Both the position numbers and the translations under genes were made by a program. A DNA stretch of 64,000 nt from an uncultured Nitrososphaerota archaeon (GTDB taxonomy: Archaea; Thermoproteota; Nitrososphaeria; Nitrososphaerales; Gagatemarchaeaceae): NCBI GenBank assembly GCA_963718895.1, contig CAVRAG010000007.1, positions 1-64,000 of the forward strand. The letters are read 5' to 3'. The stretch's first letter is position 1, and every line of letters starts with the position of its first letter. The notes beneath the pieces are model-generated. The model was not told where the DNA came from, searched no databases, and worked only from the letters and a program-made list of their open reading frames with translations. Below are positions 31,505-41,501 of the stretch, one piece after another.

Positions 31505-31936
31505 CTACTTGTCATCCAACGCCTCAAAGTATCCCCTCCCGACCACGTCCAACGAGCGGCCTCCGAAGCTCCTTTCGTCGTAGGTCGCGAGGCTTCGGAT
31601 TCTCATACTCTCCGCGAGAACCATCGTTGTACTGTCGGTCAGGCTCAGAAGCTCAGCCTCGAGGAATAAACCCATGGCCCGGGTTCCGGTCTTTTCATCA
31701 ACGAAGATCTCGGTGATACCCGACGCCTTGACAAACGCAGATAGTGCTCGCTCCGTCATTCGCCCTAGTCTGGACCCGAACAACACTGTCGACTCGACGA
31801 ACACGAAGCTGGACGTGAAGGGTCGGCTCCATCTGCCTTTCAGAAGGTAGTAGAAGAGCGCAAGAGAGTCAGGGTGGTGGTCCTCGCGCTCGTCGTGGAG
31901 GGCCTCGAAGACCTATGTGTCGACCAGAACGGTCAA
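31505..31936 (-). pseudogene. PIN-domain toxin with an in-frame TAG at codon 8
   Basis: TTG start gives MTVLVDT*VFEAL..., continuing in frame to LSLTDS...LATYDERSF; TAG at 31913-31915. Confidence 0.8.
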
Positions 31937-32196
31937 TGATTTTCCTGCTCACGAGGCGCTCGCGCTACCTCGTCGTCGACGTTCTCCGAGATATTCCCGC
32001 CGGCCGAAGCAGTGTGCCTCAAGGTTTCTCTGAGCGCGGCGAGATTTCCTACGAACTTCTCATCCTGCTCCTCTGCAGCTGTGACCGCGATCCGTAATGC
32101 CTCGGCCATGGACTGCACGTTAAGCCGCTTGGCGAGAATGCTAAGGCGCTCCTTGTCGGACTTGGAGACCCTTATCGTGGTGCTCAATGCAGACAT
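31933..32196 (-). CDS. RHH-type antitoxin
   Basis: STTIRVSKSDKERL...SMAEAL; its stop overlaps the PIN start. Confidence 0.8.
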   Translation of the reverse strand: MSALSTTIRVSKSDKERLSILAKRLNVQSMAEALRIAVTAAEEQDEKFVGNLAALRETLRHTASAGGNISENVDDEVARAPREQENH

Positions 32197-32271
32197 GTAG
32201 ATATTACACAAGCAGACATTTAAGCCCTATACTGGCAACGTTCATTAGCCGGTGAAAGTCTGCGGATGTTC

Positions 32272-32580
32272 ATGACGAGCATCCTCGCCCCGGACGCCTC
32301 CCTGACGTTCCTGGCCGCCATACTAGTGCCGCTCATCCTGGGATTCCTTGTGGGGATAATCGGCAAGGCCGCGATTCGCATCGGGGTCGCAATCGCCATA
32401 ATAATCATAATCCTAATCGCGCTCGGATTCTTGACACCCAACCAAGTGCTCCAGCCCCTGGTGCAGCTGATAAGGAGCGGACCCAGCCTGACGACCAAGG
32501 TCAGCCAGATCGCAGGATATCTGCCCTACTCCTCGATAACCTTCATCGTAGGGTTCGTAATCGGGTTCTTCAAGGGCTGA
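32272..32580 (+). CDS. Small membrane protein (FUN14-like pattern)
   Basis: LGFLVGIIGKAAIR...GFVIGFFKG. Confidence 0.7.
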   Translation: MTSILAPDASLTFLAAILVPLILGFLVGIIGKAAIRIGVAIAIIIIILIALGFLTPNQVLQPLVQLIRSGPSLTTKVSQIAGYLPYSSITFIVGFVIGFFKG

Positions 32581-32582
32581 GT

Positions 32583-32846
32583 CTAGAGCAGCCAGTCCTT
32601 CGGTGGGCCGTTCCCGCCGGCGCAGTGCACCTCGCCCGATACCCTGCGGATGAACGAGGGGCAGGCGAAGCAGACGAGGAAGTTCACCTCGCTCTTGACG
32701 ATGGGGCAGTCGACCGCCTCCTTCTTCATCCTGGATATCATCTTGGGGCTCGCGCCGCCCTTGAGCTCCGCGCTCACCACCTTCGGTACCTTGTGGGGTT
32801 TCTGCGACTGGTAGATCTTCACGACGAACTTGGTGTCAGTGGACAA
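32583..32846 (-). CDS. Small Cys-containing conserved archaeal protein
   Basis: 87 aa from TTG; EAVDCP...VCFACPSF...VHC. Confidence 0.7.
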   Translation of the reverse strand: MSTDTKFVVKIYQSQKPHKVPKVVSAELKGGASPKMISRMKKEAVDCPIVKSEVNFLVCFACPSFIRRVSGEVHCAGGNGPPKDWLL

Positions 32847-32892
32847 GCTGGGGGGTGCCCTCACGTGAGGGATAAAAGACTTGGTGACGGGC

Positions 32893-33696
32893 CTAGATGG
32901 GTAGCCCTGCCGACTGCGAGCCTGATGCCTCCGCTTCCGCCGCCTCCTGAGCCCGGGAGCCATGCCGGAGGACGTTGTTCATGGTATCGCGGCCGTCCCG
33001 CCAGGCGGCCTTCTCCGAGTCCGTCGCCCTTCCGACAACGATCTCACAGAAGCCGTTTCCGAGCGCGAAGCACCTGCTCTCGTACACGTAGTGCTGGAAC
33101 CCGAAGACGGCGTCGGCTATGCCCTTGCAGACTCCCATTATGAAGCGGCAGCTGTCGGTCCGCTCGGCGCTCGGGTTTCTGGTCGCGCAGAAGACGCAGT
33201 CATGCACCCTGACCATGACCCTGGACCCCTTCGTTAAATCTCCAGAGAGGGAGAACTTCCCCCATCCGGCCGACTGGCCTAGGTGCTCGAAGTACGACGC
33301 GAGATGGTCTGGATCGTCCGTGACCAATCGGTAGTCGAGGGCCGTGGCCCGCCCGTAGGAATAGCCCATCTCAAGGAGGAGTGGCGATGCGTCCTTCATG
33401 AAGTAGGCGAGAAGGTCCTGCTCGATGAGCGCCCATGCACGAGCGTTGAGTATGAAGACGCGCCTGTTGGTGGGCGTGAACAGTACGGCGCCCTTCTGCT
33501 CGTCCCACCTGTAGAGCTCGCCCGGGCTTCCTGGCGGACGCCAGGGATGCCTACCCGGCACGGGGCTTCCGGCAAGGTTGCCAGCGACCATTCGCTCGAT
33601 GAGCTCGCTCGGGGAGACACCTTGGTCGGCGGCAATCCTGCTCAGTCTGTCGCGCTCCGCCTCCTCGAGCTCGATGGCGAGCGAGACCCGTGCCAT
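32893..33696 (-). CDS. RHH (CopG) + V4R domain protein
   Basis: N-terminal RHH (RLSRIAADQGVSPSELIE); V4R motifs GWGKF, CRFIMG and ESRCFALGNGFCEI. Confidence 0.85.
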   Translation of the reverse strand: MARVSLAIELEEAERDRLSRIAADQGVSPSELIERMVAGNLAGSPVPGRHPWRPPGSPGELYRWDEQKGAVLFTPTNRRVFILNARAWALIEQDLLAYFMKDASPLLLEMGYSYGRATALDYRLVTDDPDHLASYFEHLGQSAGWGKFSLSGDLTKGSRVMVRVHDCVFCATRNPSAERTDSCRFIMGVCKGIADAVFGFQHYVYESRCFALGNGFCEIVVGRATDSEKAAWRDGRDTMNNVLRHGSRAQEAAEAEASGSQSAGLPI

Positions 33697-33828
33697 TTCT
33701 CGACCTTGAGGTCCTCCTCTAATTGCCGTAACGTTTGCACATGAGCTCCAAAGGTGTTCTTTCTGCGTTCTTGTGGCACATCCGAACACAGCAGAACACA
33801 TTTATTCAAGAAGGCGCCAAGTGGATTC

Positions 33829-34350
33829 ATGCGAAAGAGCGTCACCAGGACGCTTAGAATCGACGAGGTCCTCGACAGGTCAATCCAGCGGATAGCCACC
33901 GACGAGAACCTGACTGTCAACTCCCTCGTTAACAGGACCCTCACGAAGATGATCGAGTGGGATCGGCCTGCGGAGAAGGTCGGGTTCGTCTCCGCGTCAC
34001 CGACCCTCATGGGCAGGCTGCTCTCCGAGAGGGACGGCGAAGCTAGCGAGGAGCTGGGGCGCTGGGCGGCTCGGGAGGTCTTCCTGCCCTTCATACAGTA
34101 CCTCTTCGGTGAGGTCTCCGTCACGACTGTACTCCTCTACTTCAAGAGAGCTTCAGGATACGGACAGTTCGCCTTCGACGAGACCGGCGACTCGGGCAAG
34201 CGCATCCTCATCCTGAAGCAGTCCCTCGGTCCGAATTGGACGCTCTACTATGATGGAGTCATGAAGGAGATATTCAATGAGACGATGGGAAAGGAGCTCG
34301 CCACGGAGTGCACGAGTGATATGCTCGTCGGAAAACTGGCCACCTCCTGA
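33829..34350 (+). CDS. RHH + V4R/HNOX-like ligand-binding regulator
   Basis: VTRTLRIDE...NLTVNSLVNRTL...EWD, then EELGRW and LGPNWT. Confidence 0.7.
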   Translation: MRKSVTRTLRIDEVLDRSIQRIATDENLTVNSLVNRTLTKMIEWDRPAEKVGFVSASPTLMGRLLSERDGEASEELGRWAAREVFLPFIQYLFGEVSVTTVLLYFKRASGYGQFAFDETGDSGKRILILKQSLGPNWTLYYDGVMKEIFNETMGKELATECTSDMLVGKLATS

Positions 34351-34353
34351 GGG

Positions 34354-34860
34354 TCAGGAGACGAACGTGGTCGACGGAAAGACGACAACGTCGTGTATCC
34401 GGAAGAGCTCAGCCAAATCCGGAAGCGGCAGGGAGGGAAGACCTCTGTTCCTGAAGCAGCAGACGACGGTCAACTCCTTGTGCTGGTTGATGTTCCTCTC
34501 GGCGCCCATCACGCGGCCGAAGGACCCGTAGCAGAGGTGGGCCCAGTCCCCGATCCAGAGCCATTCGTCGAAGCCACCTGAGATGAATCGGTCCCTCGCA
34601 TCGTCAAAGAGCCCGATGAAGTTCTGCAGGGAATCGGAACCGCTCTTCATGAGCACTCGTGCGTCCGCGACCAGGGTCTCCGCGCTCCGCGACAACCTCT
34701 TCTTGTCCTTGGCAGGATCCGCGCTCAGGACGCTCAGGAAATCCGTGCGGCGATCGCAGGCTTGAAGATAGGGCTGAAGCAGTCTGAAACGCTCGTTCTC
34801 ACTTGCGTACAGCAGGAGAACGTGCGCCCTGTGCGCACCCGGTGACTTGGCGCGAGGCAC
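34354..34860 (-). CDS. MEDS-domain sensor protein
   Basis: HVLLLYASENE...PYL at the N-terminus and TVVCCF...IHDVV at the C-terminus. Confidence 0.65.
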   Translation of the reverse strand: MPRAKSPGAHRAHVLLLYASENERFRLLQPYLQACDRRTDFLSVLSADPAKDKKRLSRSAETLVADARVLMKSGSDSLQNFIGLFDDARDRFISGGFDEWLWIGDWAHLCYGSFGRVMGAERNINQHKELTVVCCFRNRGLPSLPLPDLAELFRIHDVVVFPSTTFVS

Positions 34861-34934
34861 TCTCTCATAATCGTGTGACCTAGCTTTTCAACCTATGCCA
34901 TCGCCCAGACCACGGTGAGATGCGATAGCGCAAT

Positions 34935-35336
34935 TCATCTCGAAGGTTTGGTCTCGGAGGGGCTAAGGCTGATCGAGAGGACCGCATTCATCTGGGGCAT
35001 CCCCTTCATCCGACCTAGGAAACCCACAAGCGAGTATCCGATGAGTCCGTACTCCTTCCGGAAGATGTCGAGGATCATGTCACGCTCCGTCCCCTCGAGA
35101 ACCCTCGCATAGCCCTGCATCCACGGGCTGGCCCATTTGCCGCTCCTGTCGCACTCGATAACCCGGACGTTGGGGTTTGATCGCACCCGCTTCACCTTCC
35201 AGGAGTCGGGGTCGGTACGGACGTAGACCAGACCATCGTGCTCTAGCGAATTCAGCAGCGTCTGCTTCGCCTCCCCGCTGTCGGTGTATGATTCCATGAT
35301 GATGTATCCGCGTCTTGATAGTTGTGCGGTCACCAT
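34935..35336 (-). CDS. PPOX-class (putatively F420-dependent) split-barrel oxidoreductase
   Basis: YVRTDPDSWKVKRVRSNPNVRV...GYARVL...KEYG. Confidence 0.8.
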   Translation of the reverse strand: MVTAQLSRRGYIIMESYTDSGEAKQTLLNSLEHDGLVYVRTDPDSWKVKRVRSNPNVRVIECDRSGKWASPWMQGYARVLEGTERDMILDIFRKEYGLIGYSLVGFLGRMKGMPQMNAVLSISLSPSETKPSR

Positions 35337-35394
35337 GGTCCGTCACCGCTTCAGCCCCAGCGCGCACGCTGCAGCCCGCATCATGACTGTGCCT

Positions 35395-35673
35395 TCACGG
35401 ACTGGTTCCCCAGTCCATTCCCACCCGTCTCCAACCTCTCCTAAACCCCCAGACGACCCACATCAGCCCGATCAGCAAACCCACTACGAGCAGCGAGGCC
35501 AACGTGACCACTATGTTCTGAAACAGGCTGAAGCGGCCTGACCAGAGGAGGGTGTAGGCTAGGATGAAGACCAGCCAGGCTATGGCGCCGAGGATCGAGG
35601 CCACGATGGGGGCGAGCGGGCCCCTGTAGTTTCCTGGCCTGGAGCTCTCCGGCGAGGCTTGGGAACCAGACAT
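35395..35673 (-). CDS. Small two-TM membrane protein
   Basis: IAWLVFILAYTLLWSGRFSLFQNIVV. Confidence 0.7.
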   Translation of the reverse strand: MSGSQASPESSRPGNYRGPLAPIVASILGAIAWLVFILAYTLLWSGRFSLFQNIVVTLASLLVVGLLIGLMWVVWGFRRGWRRVGMDWGTSP

Positions 35674-36015
35674 GAGAACGACGACCCCCGGGTCGTATTA
35701 AAACGGCGGACACGATTCTCGGAATTGAGAAACATGTCACGGTTCCTCAACGTCGCAGCGGGCACCCGCGGGTCTCGATCGCCAGGAAGCGGGCACGCGG
35801 CGCACACGGCGAGCGTGGATGAGGAGACCGAAACTCTCGCAGCTCGTTACGCCCTAGGCGGAGGCGTTTCAGACCCGCCGTCCAGTCCCGGCACCGGATC
35901 GGTCGAGAGGGTGGTGGTAACATAGGGAGGCGCGCTTGACCTGTACTCTCCCTACATAGGGTAGTTTCAGTTCACGTTTATAGTGGAGGGTCGGCGGCGT
36001 TCCCTGTGTAAGAGG

Positions 36016-37325
36016 ATGACAGAACATTCGTCTAGAAGATTCATGTTTAGTCTGATAATCGGCCTGCTCTTGGCTGTGACCTGCGTCCCATTCGTTCAGC
36101 GCGCCCTGCGGCGGCGAGCACTCAGACGACCAGCGGGATAATCATACCTCTGTACGTCTACCCTGGGTCCGTCTGGACCACCCTGCTCCAGGAGAAGCAG
36201 GCCAACCCCACCGTCCCGATGACGGTCATCATCAACCCCGGAGACGGCCCCGGCGTGAAGCTCAGCTCAACCTACGCCACATGGGTGGTCAACCTGCGTG
36301 CAGCCGGGATCAACGTCCTTGGCTACGTCTACACCAGCTTCGGCGCGAGGAGCGCAAGCTCGATAAAGACCGACATCGCGACATACAAGAGCTGGTATGG
36401 CATCAACGGCATCTTCGTCGACGAGATGTCGAACAAGGTGGGATATGAGTCGTACTACACCGCCCTCACCGCCTACGCTCACTCCGAGGGCTTCCCACTC
36501 GTGGTCGGGAACCCGGGGACCTCGGTCCCTCGTCCTTCTTCGGGACGACCGACGTGGTGCTCGCCTTCGAGAACCCGGCCCTCCCCACTATGTCTACGCG
36601 ACCACGACGGCGGGCCAGCCCAAGAGCGAGTTCGCGGTCGTTTCATACGCAATCCCGTCCCTCTCGATGTCCTCCGTCAGCATGATGGCCAACTACGCCT
36701 CCTACATCTATGTGACCAACGGGATCAACCCCGACCCGTACACGGCCCTCCCGTCCTACTCTCGACACTGGTCTCTGACGTGAAGACGTTCCTCTCGACG
36801 ACCACCCCCCTCACGGTCCAGGCGGCCGACGTCAATGGGAAGGCTGTGACCGGACTCTGGACGACGGTGAGCCTGAACGGCAACGTGGTCGACGAGGGCT
36901 ACACGCCGCTCTCCTTCCTGGGCACGACGGGCGACAAATACGCCGTCTCCGTCCCCAGCTTCCAGAGCTCAACTTCAAGCACTGGCAGGACGGGAGCACG
37001 ACCCCAACGAAGACGGTCACCCTTTCGGCGTCGACGGCGCTCACCGCGACGTTCTCCGTCGCCTACTCGATCACGGTCAAGTCGGTGACCTCCTCGGGCG
37101 CGGCGCTCACAGGAATGCGGGTCTACGTCAAGTCTGGCGGGAACACCCTCGACGCCCACGTTCACCCCCACGACCTACTCGGGGACCCCCGGAGTGGTGT
37201 ACACGGTCTGCGTCAACAACTACCAGAACCTCGTCTTCAGCCACTGGGACGACGGGACCACGAGCTCCTGCAGGACGCTCACGCTCTCCGAGAACGTCCA
37301 GCTGACGGCAACCTACAACACCTGA
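36016..37325 (+). CDS. Secreted Spherulin-4 (GH135) protein with C-terminal Ig-like repeats (frameshifted)
   Basis: Signal peptide, IIIPLYVYP, IINPGDGPG, VLGYVYT, GIFVDEM, VGNPGT, AFE and PYTALPSY; GYTP/FSHW repeats. Confidence 0.85.
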
Positions 37326-37389
37326 CGCGGGTCACCCCCTTTCGACTCAGGGACAAGCTTGACCAGCCGATCCAGGGACCGCGCTCCGC

Positions 37390-40360
37390 CTAGCCCGAGG
37401 AGCACCCGTTGGTGCACGTGTACCACACGTCGAGGCTGCTCCCGGCAACGACCTGGATAGGGTCGGTCCGCGTTGCCGTCGCCCCAATGGTCGAAGATGA
37501 CGTCGTGGGTCGAACCGTGGCAGCTGTCGCAGTCGTCAGCTCGAAGGATGTAGGTGGCGCCTGAAGTGAGGCCGGGGAACGTGTACCCGTCCTCGTTGGA
37601 GAACCCGTCGCGGATCAAACATGCCTCCCGAGCTGTAGACGCGAAGTACATCGTCGCTCTCGGGCCCGTCCCGGCCGCGCAGACGGTGGCGAAGCAGGGG
37701 CTCCAGTAGGACGCCGGCACCCTGTGGGCGTAGACCGTTATCGTGGACACGCCGCCGTTGTTGCAGTCGTAGACCGCCGTGAAGGACTGGTTGCCGCTGA
37801 CCGGCGTGAATTGCACGGGCACGTCGGAGTCCGTGCTGGACCAGTTGCTGAAGGTACAGCTCCCTCCCGCGGAGGCCGGACCCATAGGACTGGCCCACGG
37901 TCGTCGGGAAAGTCACGGCCGTCGACCCCGTCGCAACCGTGGTCCCTGCGGAGTCGAGGAGGGCAATCGGGTAGCCGGAGATGGTCCTTCCGTCCTGGTC
38001 GACGGAGACTACGGTGACGTCGGAGGTGCAAGAGTACGTGGCCGTGAAGGTGACCGCCGCGCTCGTCGCGGTGAACGGACGCGGGTCGGTCGTGACGCCG
38101 TCGGACCACCTGCTGAAGGTGCAGCTGCCGTAGCTCTCAGCTAGCACGCTGTACGCCTGTCCCACTGTCGTGGGGAAGGTCGTGGGGGTGAACCCCGAAG
38201 CGACGGCCGTTCCGCCCGAGTCGTAGAGGGCCGCGTAGTAGCCGCTGATCGTCGCCCCGGCCTGGTTGACCGAGTCGATGGTTGCGGTGGATTTCGTCGT
38301 CCGCAGCTGTAGTCGGCCGTGAGAGAAGCCGGGGCGGTCGCGGCCGTGAAGGTGCGAGGGTCGCTGGTCACCCCGTAAGACCAGTTGCTGAAGGTGCAAC
38401 TGCCGTAGCTCTCCACTCGCACTCCGTAGGTCTGGCCGACGGTGGTGGTGAATGCGGCGGGCGTGTACCCTTCACGACGATGGTCCCGTCCGAGGCGTAG
38501 AGAACGGCACGATAGCCGGTTACGGCCGCGCCGTTCTGGTCGACCGAGTCGACCGTGACGCTCGAACTCACCGTGCCGCAGTCGTAGACCGCTGTGATCT
38601 GCGTGTTGCTCGATATAGAGATCGGTCGTTGGGCCGATGTGCTGCTCGTGTCCGCCCAGCGGGCGAAGCCGCAGCTTCCATAGCTTTCGGCCTGGACGAT
38701 GTACGATTGCCCGTCGTCCAGGGTGAAGGTGGCAGGCGTGTAGCCCCTCGAGACCAGGACGTGGGCGGAGCTGTACAGGACAGCCTCGTAGCCCGTTATC
38801 GTCTGGCCCCCGGTGTTCTGGCTGTCCACCGTCAGCGACGACGTGGTCGTCTGAGATGACGGGTTCAGGGCGTAGATTGTGGCGTTCGCTGCTGCGAAGA
38901 GGAGGCCGTCGCCGGCCGACGGGGTCGTGAAGTGTTCGACGGTGCCCAGTGACGTGCTGTAGAGGAGAGAGCCTGTCTGCGGGTCGAGGGCGTACAGCTT
39001 CCCTCCGGGGACGGACCGTCCAGACGGCTCCGGCGGCTATTATCGGGGGACCGGCGAAGAGCCCCGTGTAGTTCCAGAGCGAGGTAAAGGTCGGATGTGC
39101 CCCCGGATGGAGTTGGAGCGCATCGAGCCCTCCGCCGCACGGTACGTAGATGACGCCGTTGGCGAACGACGTGGCGCCCCAGGCGCCGTAGGGCCACGGG
39201 GCGTTGACCGCACCGCAAACCGGCGCGCTGAAGAGCTGGCCACCTATCCCGCCGAGGTCGGAGGCGTTCAACAGGTAGCCGGTGTTGTACTTGCCCATGG
39301 TGAAGACGAGGTTTCCCGGCAGCAAGGTCGCGCCGGTGTTCCCGAGGTCGAGGTCGTTGGTGTTGGTGTACTGCCAGTTCGTCTGGGCGAAGTAGTTCGC
39401 CGAAGTGTCGACGAAGGAGAGGTGCGGGGTGAGCTTGATCACGGCGTTGCCGAGGTCGAACGTCTGGTTGTCGCTGTCTCCGGTCACCATGTACACGCTT
39501 CCCGACGCTTCCACCGAGACCCCTTCGGGGGCCCAGACGTCGCCCTCGGGCCTGGACGGAACGTTGTACGCGGACTGCTCGCCGGCCCCAGTGGATGACA
39601 TCGCGATGTCCCACCCCGTCGGGCCCTGCGTGAAGCACTCCCACGAGAAGCCCCCGAACGGGACGTACACGAGCCGTCCGCGAGTGCGAGCGCGCCCGTT
39701 CCTCCTGGGGGAGGTAGTTGAATCCCTGGGCGGCTATGGTGGACCGCCAAACCTGCTGCCCGGTGTTCAGGTCGAGCCGAAGAGGATGTAGCCGCTGTTG
39801 CTGACCAGCGCGGCGGCGTCGATCGTGCCCGACGCGGGGTCGATGACCGGGGTCCCGGTGATGCCGATCGTGGGCTTGATGTCGGGCCCGTTCTGGTTGT
39901 TGTTGCAGGCGTAGGGCGGCTCCACGCTGTCGGCGGGGGTGCCGAGATTCGTCGACCAGGCGATCGCGCCGGTCGCCGCGGTCAGCGCGTAAACGTTGTC
40001 GTCCTCGGTCGCCACGTAGACATAGCCGCCGTAGTAGAGAGGCTCCGCGTAGACCGCGCCGACGACCGTCGCCTCCCAGCTGGCCGACGGCGATGAGATT
40101 GCGGGGAGGGAAGCCGGGTACCCATCGGGAGTATTGTCGTAGTGATAGGTGGTCCACCCGTCGCTCGAGGTCGCGGCGCCGGAGGTCGTCAGGTTCGAGA
40201 CCGTCGCACCCTGCGAAGGTCCGGTGTCGGGAGTCTGTCCGCGGCCGGACGCTGCGAGCGCGGCGGGGAGGAGCGAAGGCACGAGGAGCAGGATGGCAGT
40301 CAGGGCGACGACGGCTAGCCCGTAGCTATGGCGGCGATGGAGAGAACGCGCTGACGGCAC
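37390..40360 (-). CDS. Secreted PQQ-like beta-propeller protein with about 4 disulfide Ig-like repeats (frameshifted)
   Basis: WTTYHYDN, VYAEPL, GITGTPVID, DLDLG and HFTTP; repeats of GY/FTPxTF...ESYGSCxFxxW...YxC. Confidence 0.8.
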
Positions 40361-41255
40361 CTTTAACGAACAGACGCCGGGCGGGCGAACTTGAGCCTAG
40401 CGGTGGATTCTTCTGTAGATAGCTCAGGCGGAGTCCCTTCGGTGCGCGTGTACCCTGCGTCGCGGTAGGGGGTCGCGGCCGAGAACGCGAGACGGTCGTG
40501 GTGAAGAATGAGGGCACGGACCAGTACGGGTGGGGCGAGACCGCGTTGGTCAGGTAGACGTAGCGGGCGTAGTGGGTGATAGAGCTCAACGTCGCGAGGC
40601 TCGGAGATGAGACGCCGTACGATATGACAGCGAAGTCATCTCGCGTCTGGCCCATTGAGCACGAGCTGAGCCTGGAGGTCGTCGGCAGGCCGGACCGCTC
40701 GTAGATCACCAGGATGCTGACTGTGCCGACGTATGAGATGGGCACGCAGGTGCCGGGGTTGCCGACGACCGTCGCCAGTCCCAGAGACTTCGCATAGCTC
40801 GTCAGCGAAGCGTAGTAGGACTCGTGTCCGACCGTGCTGGGCATCTGGTCGAGGAAGATTCCGTTCACGCCGTACAGGCTCTTGAACTTGGCAATGTCGG
40901 CCCTCACGGAGCTGGCGCTCCTGGCCCCGTAGTCTGTGTAGACGTAGCCGACGACGGTTATGCCCACCGACATCAATCTGTTGATCCACGTGGCGTAGTT
41001 GGACTCGCGGGAGACGCCGGGACCGTTGCCCGGGTTCACTACGGCGATTACCGGCACATGCGGGTTGGCCAGCTTGTCTTGAATCACCACGTTCCAGGAT
41101 GAACTGGGATAGGAGTAGAGCGGTATGATTAGGCCCCCGGGGTTATAGTTCTGGGTCGATGCTGAAGCGGAGGACAGCGCCGGGACCCCGACCAGCAGCA
41201 GTAGTGCCAGCACGAGCAGATAGTGGAACGTTCTGTTAGAAGAAGATGGAAACAT
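40326..41255 (-). CDS. Secreted Spherulin-4 (GH135) protein (3' end uncertain)
   Basis: LIIPLYSYP, VVNPGNGPG, VVGYVYT, GIFLDQM, VGNPGT, IYE and PYWSVPSF. Confidence 0.88.
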   Translation of the reverse strand: MFPSSSNRTFHYLLVLALLLLVGVPALSSASASTQNYNPGGLIIPLYSYPSSSWNVVIQDKLANPHVPVIAVVNPGNGPGVSRESNYATWINRLMSVGITVVGYVYTDYGARSASSVRADIAKFKSLYGVNGIFLDQMPSTVGHESYYASLTSYAKSLGLATVVGNPGTCVPISYVGTVSILVIYERSGLPTTSRLSSCSMGQTRDDFAVISYGVSSPSLATLSSITHYARYVYLTNAVSPHPYWSVPSFFTTTVSRSRPRPPTATQGTRAPKGLRLSYLQKNPPLGSSSPARRLFVKGAVSAFSPSPP

Positions 41256-41501
41256 ATCCTCGTCTCGGGCTTCAACAGAATTGACTATAAAATTCATGTG
41301 AAGGCAGATTACGTAGCGCGTCGACTTCGGACGCGGACATCCGGCTAAGCGTTCGCCTGGCGGCGTCCCGCCCAGTCGCTTCGCCGTCTCCGCGCGCCTC
41401 GGACGCTTTCCATCTTAGCGATCGCGGGAGGCTAGGGTGCCGCTGCAGCCTCCTGAGGCGCCCCTCGTAACGATTCACTGTAACACAATTACGCAAGTCA
41501 G

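Noticed and set aside
31913-31915. In-frame TAG as pyrrolysine or read-through
   Set aside because: No pyl genes are in view, neighbouring genes use TAG as a normal stop, and toxin inactivation or a base error is simpler.
37700-38835. ~260-nt periodic repeats as a DGR or nucleic-acid repeat system
   Set aside because: Similarity is at protein level with synonymous divergence. There is no adenine-specific variation pattern and no reverse transcriptase in the window.
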